DNA of 60,019 nt, filler included, from Basidiobolus ranarum (GCA_040143965.1; 9 parts of 9 records of this genome joined end to end with filler, not necessarily neighbours in it), one strand, 5' to 3'; positions 26,000 to 39,666 are shown, numbered from the whole stretch's first letter. A program made the numbers and translations. Notes: generated by a model not told the origin, from the letters alone.

Positions 26000-26370
26000 T
26001 TTTTGGTCATCTGAATACAACTAACATTTTCATGACATATTAGAGAAGGATTGACCTGGTCATATCTTAGTTGCTTGAGAAGACTTCTTAGCCATATAGC
26101 TTCTTAAGCAGCCATGGAGCTAGCTGAATATCCTGCTTCTATAGTTGATAATGCAAAGGTTTGCACAGCAATCCAATGTTCCATTGCAGGATTTTCCATG
26201 TTTGCTGAATATGCCTACAGCTGTTGCAATATCAGGCCTAGTACCAGTTGTTGCACATACAAGACTTCTAACTGCACTATGGTAAGGGATATGTTCCATG
26301 GTTTGAGTATCTTTGGAGGTTTTTGTTTCTATATCCTTGTTGAGTTTCAGCATATGTAGTGGATTGAATC
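26000..26370 (-). mobile_element. Ty1/copia RT / RNase H fragment
   Basis: IPYHSAVRSLVCATTGTRPDIATAVG; adjacent EAIW-like RNase H remnant. Confidence 0.75.
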
Positions 26371-26672
26371 TGTTGAAATTAAGTAAATAAGAACTCATTA
26401 TTTAGTAGTTAGTTTATTCATATTCTGATTGTTTAGCACTCAATTCTGTCATTCAAAAATGTATGTTTATCATCTAATTGATAGAAATAGCAATTAGATC
26501 ACTTTTACCAATTTTCACTATTTTCTCAAAACTTCTCCAAATCACCTCAAATTTTCACCCATGCTTAGCAGGCATGTTTGTTATGATCTATGCATGCCCA
26601 ATAGTCCTATTTCATAGTAAACTATAAATAGGACATATTCAATTTAATAAAACTTAAGTGTCTAATTCAAAT
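26371..26672 (+). repeat. LTR family A (truncated by contig end)
   Basis: Starts TGTTGAAATTAAGTAAAT; homologous to 1204-1553. Confidence 0.88.
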
Positions 26673-26772
26673 NNNNNNNNNNNNNNNNNNNNNNNNNNNN
26701 NNNNNNNNNNNNNNNNTTAATTAATTAANNNNNNNNNNNNNNNNNNNNNNNNNNNNNNNNNNNNNNNNNNNN
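26673..26772. other. Artificial contig-join spacer
   Basis: N44-TTAATTAATTAA-N44. Confidence 0.99.
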
Positions 26773-26784
26773 GAGTGCAAGCTT

Positions 26785-26797
26785 GGGGCTCATAACC
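26785..26797 (-). promoter_or_regulatory. Primer-binding site complementary to the tRNA-iMet anticodon arm
   Basis: GGTTATGAGCCCC directly after LTR end TTTAACA. Confidence 0.85.
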
Positions 26798-27262
26798 TGT
26801 TAAAGTATTTGGGAGCCTGTTGGAAGTGGTTTGGAGAATTAGAGGAATTGGTGGTTTTCACTTATTGATTTATTAAGTAGAAAGTTGACATTTATAGTTT
26901 TGTCAAAATGTAAACAAACTAACATGTAGAATATGTTAAGGAAGATCCCTGGAACATGTGTGCAAAGTTTGGGTTTCAAGCACAAGTTTGAAAAATCTAT
27001 ATATATGAGAACTTGTTAGTTGGTAAAAATATTCTAAGTAAATTCCAATTGAGAATAATTGATAATATCTTAGTGAGTTATAAGATAAGTAATTACTCAG
27101 TTATAAATGACTATATAGGTGCTTAGGCAATGCTAATTTCAACAAGAACATCAAAGTAAATTTGGATTGAGAATAATAGATTATGTCCTAGTGAAATGTA
27201 AGATAACTAAGTACTAACTTATATATGACTATATAGGTGTTTAGGCAATGCTAATTTCAACA
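26798..27262 (-). repeat. LTR family B (copia) with 118-bp tandem duplication of its 5' end
   Basis: TGTTGAAATTAGCATTGCC starts at both 27262 and 27144; ends AACA followed by PBS; homologous to 44989-45158. Confidence 0.82.
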
Positions 27263-28776
27263 TTTACTTGGTGTCCTATCCTCACATTATTGTAAAAGTT
27301 GTTAATCAGAGCTAATAAAATTATAAATGATTAATCATTAATTTTACATAGCACTCTTTGAATGAACATATATTTGAGTGATGACAGCAAAACTATCAAC
27401 TCTGGTTTGGTATCAAAACAATAGACTAGTGTCTGAGAATTGAAGGTGCTGTATTCAAGCCCAGCCTATAGTAATGAAGTAAAATTTATATTGTTACTAT
27501 TACTACATCACAATATTTTTAAAATAATCCTGAAACACTACTCTGGAGATTGCAAAGAATTTATAGAAACTTAGAACCATAGTATGTAGCCAAATAACAA
27601 AGAGGTAGCACATATTCACTACTATTTTAGCAGTGTCTATGAATAGCTCACCTGCTCTAACATGAGCAAGATATTCATGAAAGAGGGCTACAAAAATGAC
27701 TGGAAGTAGAACAATTGAAAATACTAAGAGTTCTATTTTTTGTCACCTCATCATTTTTACATCAAGTATTTTGCTCCTTTGATAAAGAGCTACTTCAATT
27801 AAATTTTTATACCTTGAATAACCAATCATGATCAATAGATTAATTGAAATTTCAATCCCGATTGACCGATATAGCCCGACTGAAACAGAGAATACTGGAA
27901 AAAATCAAGTCCAGGAAAGTTTCCAGAGAGTCACATGGGATAGCAGTCGATGATGAGTGTATAACAGATTGCTTGTATACACCATCTCTATTGGTTAAGA
28001 CGCCCTTGGCAAGCATACGGATTGACAATTACTTCTTTAATCTCAACGCGCCAACGCTGGATGAGAATAAATACCTGCCATCAATACAGGCACGCAAAGT
28101 TGAAATTATGCTTGTACCAGGGCAAACAGTCTCCTAGAATTGATGTTTTACCACTAGTTGTCAAGAATTAGCAAAGGACCAGTTATAGTGGTGTATTTAG
28201 TTACTAGTCACCACCATCTTAAGCAACTGGTTGGTCATATTGATCTATTCAAGCATTAGCACTTACACATAGGCGTAAAGGGACATGTAAGATTATTCAA
28301 GTGATACTGTAGCATGAGTTACCGTTAATAGGCTTTAATTCCGGTATTGCACCAACCTGTATCTTCGAGTGACGGAGCTGGCATTCAACAGACATGAGTT
28401 GATATATCATGTCAAAATATCCACCAATGAAGTGATGGATTTGGAATTCTGATCTCGGAGTAACATAATGTCTCACCACAAATTTAAAGTTCACTAATTG
28501 ACCTTGGATGGTTTCCCATAAGACTGTTGTTGCATGAGAACCCTACGCGAACTTTTAGCTTTATTCAGTCACACACCGAGATCTGTGGTATGAATATGTT
28601 TTGGTTTATTATGTACAGTATGAATGTTTTATGATTGATGGAGATATCTTCCGAAAATATCCATTCAATTGATGCCTCGAGGTTTGGCTACATTGGGAAT
28701 AAATTGGAGTAGGTTGGATGGGTAGGTATATTTGAAATGAACACGTAAAGACACCAGCTTTACAGTGCAGAGTATG

Positions 28777-29337
28777 TTAGTAAATAGAACGCCAGATTCT
28801 TCGCTTTAAGAAGAGGAGTGCCGTTAGAATTAATAATGGTTCGATGTGAGGATGTGTTACTTGCTTCGTCAACACCAAGCGGCCGATTTTACGGTAGTCC
28901 TCGCCAATATCATAGTTGAATTGAGCGACCAAAGCCTTTTCCATAGCAGTGAAGCATCTCAGGTAGGAATCATGCTCATAATCCCAAAAATATTTCACTC
29001 CCTGTACCTCGAGGCCATAAACACCGCCTTTTGAGGCTGGTCTGGAGAACTTCAACCGAGTTTTTGAGCAAGGACTGGATATTTGAATATATCCCAGTAA
29101 CGACCGACTCTTCGCTATAAACAATTCCTTTCCAGTGATACTATCATACACTCTAACTTTAGTACCGAAGAAACGCTTCTTCAAAATCATCGTATAGCAT
29201 GTTTGACACTCTGTACGGATAATAGCCTCCTCATTCGCTCCTAATTCGATTTCGAAAGCTACTTGGGCAACGCGCAGTGAAGACGAAGTACTTGCTTCAG
29301 AACTGATTGTGGATTGTGAAGATATAATGGTGTCCAT
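28777..29337 (-). CDS. Uncharacterised protein (186 aa), possibly tubby-C/LURP-one-like beta-barrel
   Basis: Intronless ORF with upstream TATA; ..G.KYFW..L..LVAQF....GRL..PLLILTAL pattern; family call tentative. Confidence 0.65.
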   Translation of the reverse strand: MDTIISSQSTISSEASTSSSLRVAQVAFEIELGANEEAIIRTECQTCYTMILKKRFFGTKVRVYDSITGKELFIAKSRSLLGYIQISSPCSKTRLKFSRPASKGGVYGLEVQGVKYFWDYEHDSYLRCFTAMEKALVAQFNYDIGEDYRKIGRLVLTKQVTHPHIEPLLILTALLFLKRRIWRSIY

Positions 29338-32300
29338 CTTGATAGGAGTAAATACTTAGCAGTTGGTTGGACAAAAATCAAAAATCTCCAACTGCAACTG
29401 CAACACCCCAAGTCTCATTTCAGATTTGCTCTATATATACCTCACCAGAGAAATCTGACACGCGCACAAGCTCAGAAACGAAGGTGTACTCTTATATGGA
29501 TTAAGCTTCTGGACCCCAAAATTTAGAATCAATCCAATATTTTAGTTTATGCGGATTAATATCATTGGACAATGAAACTGAAGTCTAAACTGGGCAAAAT
29601 ACCACCTACTATCAACGTTCTCTGTCAATGCATCTAGTCATCCTAATTAGGGAGTACACACCGCCACAAGATTGTTGTGGCCAAACTTGATGATTGCTCA
29701 TGAATAAATATTATCCATACATAACAGCAAGCGCCAAATTCAGTATTTAATGTGGATGAATTTTGAATTCAACGAATCAGAAAGAGCCTCTAGATTTGCG
29801 GTTAAATATACGAATTTGGAAATACTGACACTACATTGCACGAATAGCATCTTGGAAACCATAATAACGTATTTGTATTCATTAAGAAATCATTGAATAT
29901 TCGATATCAATCTTTACCTAATAAAGATTTCGATGCAATGGTAAACCTATTGAAGCCAATAAATTTCTCCAAGCTCTAGACACGTTGCCAATAGCAATGG
30001 TTATATACAACTTGAGCAGTTGCTTATACCATCATGTGGCACAGTTGCGTTGAAATCACTATTGGATGTCAGCTTAAATATGTTAAGATGTATTGAGAGC
30101 TGTAGGTTCTACTGACAAAATTTCAAAGAGAATATAATGTTTATGGAAGTTCTAATACTCTCCAAACTGATAACGCAGTATTCTTTGTCTTGAAAACATT
30201 TTTTTAAGTATTGCTGACTAGTCTCCCAGTATTCTGGAATCACTTGGTTTATTGTGTCTATTAATCCACTGTAATGACATGTCTTCCATCACTGCTAGAC
30301 TACTGTTTGATTAAATTAGTATATATACACTAAGGTTTTCAGGATATATTTTAAGAATCCTTGAACTCTTGTTAATTCCATCATGTTCCTATGTTTGGCA
30401 CATCATAATACCAATCCTACTTAAAACTATCATGCTATTTAACTTTGAAAGAACCCTTATGGATCCAAATCCACCAAGATGCTTACAGCATCTTCAAGCA
30501 TTATGTGATGTTTGACTTTGGAAATAGTGTGTGATCTAAAAAATTGACCAGTCCTTTTTTACACTTGATAAACATTGTGAGCGTTCTGCTAGCTACCCGT
30601 ACATAGGGATATCTGAACGAAGATATGTGCCAAACCAGCCATCAACGAGTGCCAAAATTATTCCATTTTTCTATCACCTGAATAGCATTGCGATTTAAAG
30701 ACAGAAGATACGTAAAGTGATAATAATGACGCCAGTTCGGAAATAACAAGAAAAGCAAGTGTCCCCCTGAATGATCGTCTTCATAACCTATACTATCGTC
30801 ATTCATGCCCATTTGTTTCAAATATTTCATTAAAATCAGCTCTTCCAATTACCAACGATACTACCACCTCTTTTTTTAATTTATTCGATGTCCAACGAAG
30901 CCTTGTCACTGCTAATGGTTATAATTATGCGTGATATAGGTAATGGAGATTTGAAAGTATTTAAAATACTCCCTCTATATAAATTGTATATATATATTGG
31001 TTTTTACTTAAATGACTGTAAGGAAAGGAGATGGACTCCAACGCTGCCAATAGATGGCCAACTCTGGAGTTGAGTTCTCCGCGATGATAAGCCAAGATAA
31101 ATACCTAATTAGATATCTTGAACCTTTAAACAAATCGCCATGAACTTGAGTCAAATAATCACTCCTCTGTTAGTGGGATAGCTTTGGTTTCATATTGCAA
31201 GTTTCGATTAAGGACATATCCAGATTTGTAATGAGACACTATACCAACAATCCTATCATCATTCTCGGAATAAGTGTGCTATTAGTTCCTATACCAACAT
31301 GTTCCGTATTTTTGTGTTATTTTTAGCAGATGTCATGGGAATTTCCGTGCTTAATCATTGCCGTTCGATCTTGAGTATGCTCCACAAATGCTCGAGTCTC
31401 TCATCATGTGAGGCGTTTATTTTTGTTGTGAGGCGTTCAAAGGGTAACAATAGAGATCTATATGTGGCTGTGATGAGTTTATAAATACACCATCTCTCAT
31501 TGTATGTTGGAAGCTGATTCCAATCAACTAGGATCCACATCATTAGAACACCTACATGTACGCTCAAGAGTGTTGGGGTACTGTGATAACATTGCTGGCA
31601 CAAACATGATAACTATTTCTGAGTAATACCGGGGATGGCTCCCGAACTGAACAAGGGCTTCTTAGTGCGTGAACACCATCTAATTACAGTAAGGTTTGCC
31701 CCATAAAACCGTATCTTGTTTGGATACAAATCCTGTAGTAGGGCGTTCATCGTGAAGAGTGCAATAGACGAGGCACCTACGATGATTGTAAAATAGCACC
31801 ATGGTCAAGTTCAACAACAATCTAGATTCTAGAAGGTCTTCCAAGTATATAAACTAAAACCAACTAGGTTTAACTGGATATACTCTACGCCTTTTCTATC
31901 GATTTGAATCGGCAGTGACACTCTGATCCACTTCTTGGCGTCATTTTGGACCATTCGTGAAATTCTGGCCAAAATCAAGGTTTTAATCCAAAATCTCCGG
32001 TGTATGTGTAAACATTTGGCCAGAAGAAATTTAAAAGCAGTTAGTAAATGAAATAGCCTCAACAACCATGTGAGGAATCTAACACATCAAATCAAAAAGC
32101 AACGTCACTATTCGTCTTTGAAAACTCATTCGGCGCGAATGTTTGCCTACCCCTACTTGCGGCAACAATCATAATTTTGCAATCTATTAATATCCTGGAA
32201 ACTGGCACGGTGATTGGATGAGATGGAGAACTACAACAAGTCCATCAAAGTAGGGCCGTGGATTTCACCGGGCGGATGTGAAGCATAATGAAATTTACCC

Positions 32301-33213
32301 AGAATGCAGCTGTGCTTAGAGATAACAGTCTCTTGGGCCTAGCGGGCAGTTGCAAGAAACAGTAGAAACCTAACTAAATCGGATTAATGAGCACCTTGTA
32401 ATAAACTAGGCTCTCCAAATGTTCAAGGTATAATATCGAATGAAACAAGAAAGCTCACGTTGACCAATCCACTGCTGATATTATTGTACATGCTGCTGTA
32501 GTATATTCTTAAGAGTGTTACTGAATCTAATATTAGTATGGAATTTCTGTAAATTCTAAGTTCGAATTTCAGCCAATGGCTGCAAGGCTCAGCCGCATTC
32601 CTGACTCAATGAACACTCAAATTACACTCCACCAAGGCGTGTGGCCTTGTTTGCGATTAGCATGTTTTTCTCCAGATAAATATAGATATACATTTGTAAT
32701 GGAAGTAATATCAATTTGGACCCATCTCTGATTAAGAAGTATTGAATTTAATGGTCTTAAACTTCCTAAAGGGGATATTTTCTAGTTATGTAAGGGAATT
32801 GAAATTCAAAAAGAACCAATATTCTCGTCTAAATACTCATTAGAATTGGCAAATGAAAGAGCCAACAACCCAACAAATCCATTTTAAGGAAAGACAATCT
32901 GCATTTGAATATTAACAGTTTTATACAGCTCAAATGAATATAAGTATCATCGCTGCTGTAAATTGCTCCTCACTTGCCCTGTGAAAAGCTTCTTTGTAAC
33001 TTTTATTCACTTGATACGACCTTTACCCGAACTGTTTCTTCCTTTGATTACAACCACGTTATAGTAAAGCGTCACCTGTTTTTCTTTATTAATTGACAAA
33101 GTTACATAGTACACTGGTTTTTCCTCGACACATAGATATTTCATTCTTCAAGCAATCAATTACTACATTATAAGAATTCTCAGAGCTTGAATACTAGTAA
33201 AGAGTGCGCATAT

Positions 33214-33354
33214 ATGTCTATTACTCAAACAGAGCTACCACTACACGCAAGTCATGGAAAATCCTCAAGACTTTCCGTAACCAGGGAGGCCTTGGATTCT
33301 CCTGCCGCCTGGCTAATCATGTATTTTTTCTTCAATCTTGGCCTTACCTTATAC
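33214..33354 (+). CDS. N-terminus of a triose-phosphate/nucleotide-sugar transporter family protein (3' truncated)
   Basis: SPAAWLIMYFFFNLGLTLY matches the fungal TPT first helix WL..YF.FNLGLTLYNK. Confidence 0.75.
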
Positions 33355-33454
33355 NNNNNNNNNNNNNNNNNNNNNNNNNNNNNNNNNNNNNNNNNNNNTT
33401 AATTAATTAANNNNNNNNNNNNNNNNNNNNNNNNNNNNNNNNNNNNNNNNNNNN
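33355..33454. other. Artificial contig-join spacer
   Basis: N44-TTAATTAATTAA-N44. Confidence 0.99.
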
Positions 33455-34142
33455 AAGACTTAGTGGAAGCACTTAATAAGGAATCCAAAGAAAATAGTCA
33501 GAAGGCGTTGACATAATTTTTGAATAAAAGATACATGAGCTTTGGACAAGTATAATAGAAAGCATATACTATACCACACCAGCAATGTGAGTGGAACCTA
33601 AGAGAGTTTGTTTAGGACACAATACCTAACGTTAACGGTTATTTTAATGGTTTCCTTACCTGTACTAGCAACAAAAGACATATTGTTGAAGGCTTGGTCA
33701 GGTCAAGCTGTTTGTTGTCGATTGATAAGCACTCCAGTATATATGTACCATAGTGGCGGAGCGGACTGCACTTTTTGTATTACTTAGAATACAATATCCC
33801 AGATCCAGTCCCGGGTTCGTCTTCATGTGATATTTTCATCCATCACATCTCTCTTAGATTCATTGGTTTTCGTGAAGGTGATGTCATTTGGTACAATCCT
33901 CTCCATTTTACAATTTGAAAGTATGATCATGGTTTTTAAGACTGTACAGTGTAGAATTAGATCAGATCGATTTCAGAGAAAATATTTTTATGATATATGA
34001 GTATGTTTTGAAAAAATACGGTTACAGTAATCGCTGACTCAGGAACTTTACCATTTGAAGTTTACGTGTATATCAACACAACTTAGCCTGTATATACTCG
34101 CCAATATATCACACCACCACAAGCTTCTTCTCGATAGCCAAC

Positions 34143-35449
34143 ATGAAGCCAAGTAACAAGTTGGAGACATGGGGTAACGAAACCACCATGAATCTCAATA
34201 ACATTGTTTTTCAAAACGTTCAAGCGTCACCGTACTTCAAATCTTTATAGTAAGCAACGCATGAATATTCACGATCTGGCCAACAAATTTGACCCTCTTT
34301 TACGTGTAGTGAGTTGAAAACTTACCATGAGGTGATTGACGAAGTTTACAATCAAGGTAAATAGACGTACTTTGTAATACGTGATACTGATTGAGAGTAC
34401 TAAAAGGGTGTGATATATTCCTTATAGTTGATAACTTAGGTATGGTGAGAGTCCTGAAATATTTGCATCCACTTTAGAATGTTTTTGATAACAGTATTTC
34501 TTTAATACTCTATAACCAACTTCCACACTGCTCACCATCAAAAAGAGCCATTTTTAAGAGGTACTACAGCATCTACTGCATTCTGTTTACTTTACAAACT
34601 ATGGACTTTAAGATTGACAGTAAAGCAAGTTACTGGTGTCATAACGCATAAAGACTCACCGTAAGTTGATTCTTATTAAGACGTTGAGCGGTAGTATTTT
34701 CAGATTATAATGGTGATACACATTTAGGTATATTCGCGCGTTGGGCTTTCTTTATCTGCGATACGTTTGTAAACCTGCCAATCTGTGGGAGTGGTTTGAA
34801 CCGTATCTTGATGACCCAGAAGAGATTCAAACTACACGTGGACCTAGGCCTGTTAATACGTATGTATGAGCCACTGAAATTGATACACACCCCAATCAGT
34901 ATCCTGTTACTTAACTGCCGTTCCGTTTTTTAAACAATTAGCACTATTGGTAAACTTTGCCTTGAACTTCTTACCGAACCTAAATTTCTTGGAACCATCT
35001 TGCCTCGAATTCCAGTGCCGATTGCACGCGATATCGATGAAAAACTGAGAGATAAAGTGGGCAAAGGGTTGGTAGTCGCAATTTTTTCACCAAGTTCCTG
35101 TGCTTATTTCATTGTTTAATATAGTGATGACAAAGAGAGATCATCTTCGCATAGAAGCGGCAGTCGGGAAGATGACCGTGGACGCGGCAGCAGTCGACAT
35201 GACGAAAGAAGGAGCCATCACAGTAGATCACGCAGTAGAGATAGATATAGACACGACCGTGACACTACCTCATCCTCCAGATCGAGTCGGTATGATCGTG
35301 ATCGCCTCAGACGAGACGAGTACCGTTCAAGAGATCGGGAAGGTCGTGAGTATAGTCGCTCCCACAGCAGGGATCATCGTAGTCGCTCTAGATCACCCAG
35401 AAGAGATTACTACAAATCTGAAAGTAGAGATAGGCGTACCCGAGATTAA
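34143..35449 (+). CDS. PRPF38B: Pre-mRNA splicing factor 38B with RS/RD-rich tail (7 exons including a 12-nt microexon)
   Basis: WGNETTMNLN..SPYFK|ELKTYHEVIDEVY|VDNL|EPFL..STAFCLLYKL..HKDSP|YIRALGFLYLRY..|..LPRIPVPI|RS-rich tail. Confidence 0.92.
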
Positions 35450-37356
35450 GTGTCCTGCTTTCAAAGTCTTTTAGATGAGATTCTGTTGAAACACGCGAAG
35501 CCAGTCATTTAACGTTGATCTTTACGCATATTGAGAATGTATGAAGCTTTTCATCTTTGTAATAAACATTGGTTTCATTTTTCAAGAGCTATACATGTTC
35601 ACGGATCCAAACTTTAACATTACCTAATCTACATTGTTGTTTGTTACCGCGGCGATAATGCCCATCTCGCCATACATATCAAGATTCAGTCAAGTCCAAT
35701 CCTAGATCAGCCAAGGCCTCACAGCCGCTACCCCTTTTGCTACGCTTTGCACCTGATAATACACGCAGATGGTTGATCTAAAATTTTGCATTGGTTACTC
35801 CTAACCAACAAAACCAGTTTAGTGTTGGAGCATTTGTTGGCCATCCCAAAACGAAATTGAGACAATCTTCATTCCATCTATCTTAAGGCGCTGATTGTCA
35901 CAGTATTCTGAAAATACCTCCAGAGGTCTGGTGCCCGATTTTCAAAGGACATATGATACTTGAGTTGACACGTGGTTTGGACCAAGTAGGGCCAGTGAAT
36001 CCAATAGTGGGCTGACAAGTCATGGGAATAAGTGAATGGTGTGATGGTAAATTGGAGTATCTTCCAGTCTATCAAGTATTGAACGAACCGGTGTGTTCGG
36101 ATTCTAACTTGGACAACTCTGCAGCTCCGGAGTAGTAATCGATTGAACTGTGGCTCGGAGAACAAGAGCATCCCTGCAACAAACAGGATGCGGATATGGG
36201 TAATGGAACAAGTGCCATATAGAGTGCGGAGTTAAGTGTTGCTTTCAGTCCAGCGATTAATTGGTTTGAAACATGTCCAGAAACTGAAGGCTTAGCGGTT
36301 TGACATTCAACAAACATCAGCAAGTCAAGTGTGCACACTCACGCTATTTTATTTCATCATTAGGAGCCATTACGGGGAACATGGGTTCTACATGGAGATC
36401 ATCCCCAAATGATGGTCTGGGTGTTAATCCAAGCGAATGTCCACTCGTCGCACATCTCGAAGTGATGGTGTAGCGGCATAATAAAGTGAAGCTAAATAAG
36501 CAAACCAGCCTCAGTCCGTATCTTGCTCTCTCAAGCGCACCTTAGTCATCTGCAATTTCTAGAATTAGGGACCATAAGAAATAGATGAAACTAGGCTGGT
36601 CATTCACATACAACCCAGTCACCATCCTATAGGTCGATGCAGCACAGTGTGGGGGGAACTAATTAACAGGGCAATGGTGTAATTGAATCTCCTCGCAGCA
36701 ACAAGTCTTGCCTTGTCTTCGGTGTTATTTGCCATCTTGCCCATATGTCGATCAAATGCGAGAGTAACTGCTAATTTGGAGAGCAGCCCCAAAGTTACCA
36801 GCCGCAAATGGAGATATCCAAGCCGAGAACCCAATGATACGAATTGAAATTGCATTTATTTAGGCCTTATCATTAATAGATGCTGTAATTTAAATTACTC
36901 AGTTCCACACCTAGCTCTAATAAATGTATTCCTCAAACTAAATTAACCCTAGAGACACATCACAGACCCAGTGTTTCGCGAAACAACTGTGTTTCATCAG
37001 CATCATTATAGGTATATCGGTATTGATTGTATTGTTCGGATAGAGTATGATTCCATTCTAATATAATACCTTCTTATTCAATCCAGACATTTCCCATCGA
37101 TTATTCGTGTGGATTTGCTTCACTGGTGGATCTCTTATCAACCCTAATTCCAATTAGTATAAATCAACCTGAAGTGTTCGGTTGCCTTAGATTTGTTGAA
37201 TGCTAATTGTTGCAACACTTTCCAACTGGATTTTTCTTTGCACAATTATCACGAGCTCTACATTCTTGTCTGTTCTATTTTGCTGGGTTACTCTTGTTGT
37301 CGTGACTTTTTAAAGCTCCTCTTTATACATAGTCTTATATCATTACATATATCCTC

Positions 37357-38339
37357 ATGGAGCTCCAGATCCAATCCCCTGCTCTTAATACCCCATTGTC
37401 CTTTGACGCTGGTGTCTTTGCGGCCGCAGCGGCAGCAGCAGCAGTGAGCATGGACAAGCAGAAAGCCCGCACCAAGATTTCAGGCTATTTTGATAGCTCC
37501 TCGATCGGCAAAGTCTCAAAAACATTATACTATGGAGCCACTTGTGCAACCTCTTACGTTATTTCCTCCCTGGGCGGTTTTCGCAAGGGAAAAGACCAAT
37601 CAACCCCCAGATCCATACCTAGTTTTACCACACCTCTCCCTAACTTAGAAAGAAAAACCCTGGTACTTGATCTGGACGAAACCTTAATCCACAGTATGAT
37701 GGAGGGGATCGGAAAACCACACTTTCAAGTAGACGTTCCTTTCGAGAAAAAAAACTGCTCTTACTATGTTTATCAACGTCCGAAGGTTTTGGATTTTTTA
37801 TATATGGTGAGTTCGTCCCGAAAAACACTGTATAATATTCCCACATTTGACCTAAACTTATATATTCTAGGTTAGTCAATGGTATACATTGGTTATCTTC
37901 ACTGCCTCGGTTGCTGAATACGCAGACCCCATTATCGATTGGCTTGAAAGGCAGGTTATGTCTAAGTATGGACTGAGCTCCGAGATATTTGCTAGAAGAT
38001 TATATAGAGAGGTAAGCAGGCCGTCAATGCAGAATCATTGGTAGAAACCCACACTAAAATAACGTTTTGTAGAGCTGTACATATCGCAATGGAGTTTTCA
38101 TGAAGGACCTCTCTATTGTTAACGCTGACCTCTCGAAAGTGATTTTGGTAGACAATTCCCCGTTCTCGTACGCTATTAATCAGCAAAATGCAGTTCCTAT
38201 CAAGACATGGATGAACGACGACCCGCACGACGAAGGTTTATCCGATTTGGTTCCATTTCTAGATGCCTTGAGCAGAGTCGAAGACATCCGTAGTATATTA
38301 GGTCTTAGATCAGGCTCCTTACCAAAGACCGAGTGCTGA
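37357..38339 (+). CDS. NIF/FCP1-homology HAD phosphatase, Nem1/CTDNEP1-like (3 exons; start uncertain)
   Basis: KTLVLDLDETLIHS, RP, VSQWY..VIFTAS..EYADPIIDWL, KDLS..DLSKVILVDNSP; introns 37807-37870 and 38012-38072. Confidence 0.88.
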
Positions 38340-39134
38340 ACATCAAACCAACATATACATATACTAGTCTTTAAAAAACTGTACCTAATTCACGATTCAT
38401 CCTCTACAAAGATTCCAAAATGAATGTTACATACTTTTCAAGAAGATAGTTGAGCAAATCTCGACTGTTTACTTAAAACCAACCATCTCTGCCATTTAAA
38501 AATACTGAACGCACTACCATCCACATTTGTCAGAGAAACTCGCCAATTTTTTTTTGATGTTTGTATAGCATAAAGATTGCTGATTTTTGTCTTCTGTTTT
38601 TATTTATTTTCACCTTCCGTGATTTAAGTGTAGTAAAATTTTCATGACCGTCATGTATCAGATGTTCCCGATTGCTGTGCAAAAGCGTGTTAGTTCCATT
38701 ATAGGGGGGAATGTTTGAGTCAAGTAACACCAATGCCGTGACCAACTACGGAATACGGAAGTGCCATATGGATATTGTGATGTGAGAATCGAACGCTACA
38801 ACATCATCGCTTCCATTCATTACTGAGTTGGTCTTCCATTGAAAATCTTCGCGTAATAGTTGTAACGATTGGCACTCCCAACTTAAGTAAATGATTAACC
38901 TGGTGGGCCAATGGGAGAGCCAGACCTTTTTCTAGGGTGCTGTGCTAGGGTATCTTGTGTGTTAAGTTAGTGAGGTTGGCATAGACATATTAGGCGATAA
39001 TTACAAATAGTTTGCTTAGTAGAGTTGATTTGATGACAAAAAATACTCGGAATATGATTTCAACTGATGTCCATGGATGGTTCACCTGTCATTAAATACT
39101 TGGTGGCTACTACTGCACCTTCATTCTTTCAAAA

Positions 39135-39666
39135 ATGCTCGCTCAATTATTTGAACAGTTGTTGCAAAACCCGATCAATTGGGCACTTCTCATTGGTACT
39201 ATATATATTGTCCGTTCATACCTATCGACCGAACAAGAAGAAATTCCACCACCACAGCATCCCGAAACTTCTGTCTTTAAAGCTTACACACCCAAAGAAT
39301 TGACCGAGATCGAAGGAATCAAAAGCCCCAAAATCTTTATGGGCGTTAATGGCAAAGTGTACGATGTAACCCCCGGAAAGAAGTTCTATGGACCAGGTAA
39401 CCAAATAACTGCAAAAGTTGCAATTTTAACTCCCGAATATACTAATTCGTAACTTTATAGAGGGTCCATATGGTAACTTTGCTGGACGTGATGCCAGTCG
39501 TGGATTGGCAAAACACTCCTTTGATGAGGATATGCTTACATCTTTGGATGAGCCCATAGACACTTTATCCGATCTTACTGTAGAGGAACGGGAAAGCCTT
39601 AGAGGTTGGGAGGAGATGTTTTCCGGGAAGTATTTGACTGTAGGAACACTTGTAAATGAACACTAA
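39135..39666 (+). CDS. DAP1: Membrane-associated progesterone receptor / cytochrome b5-like heme-binding protein (2 exons)
   Basis: N-terminal TM helix, VNGKVYDVTPGKKFYGP|EGPYGNFAGRDASRGLAK..GKYLTVG; intron 39397-39460. Confidence 0.92.

Noticed and set aside
33750..33830. tRNA/SINE-like A box TGGCGGAGCGG with partial B box GGGTTCG
   Set aside because: No cloverleaf, an internal T5 terminator and an incomplete B box.
35100..35474. 124-aa ORF
   Set aside because: Alternative frame of the RS-rich last exon of PRP38B.
16230..38339. WHI2 and a Psr-like NIF phosphatase in the same window as a functional module
   Set aside because: They are on different contigs, and the phosphatase looks more Nem1/CTDNEP1-like.
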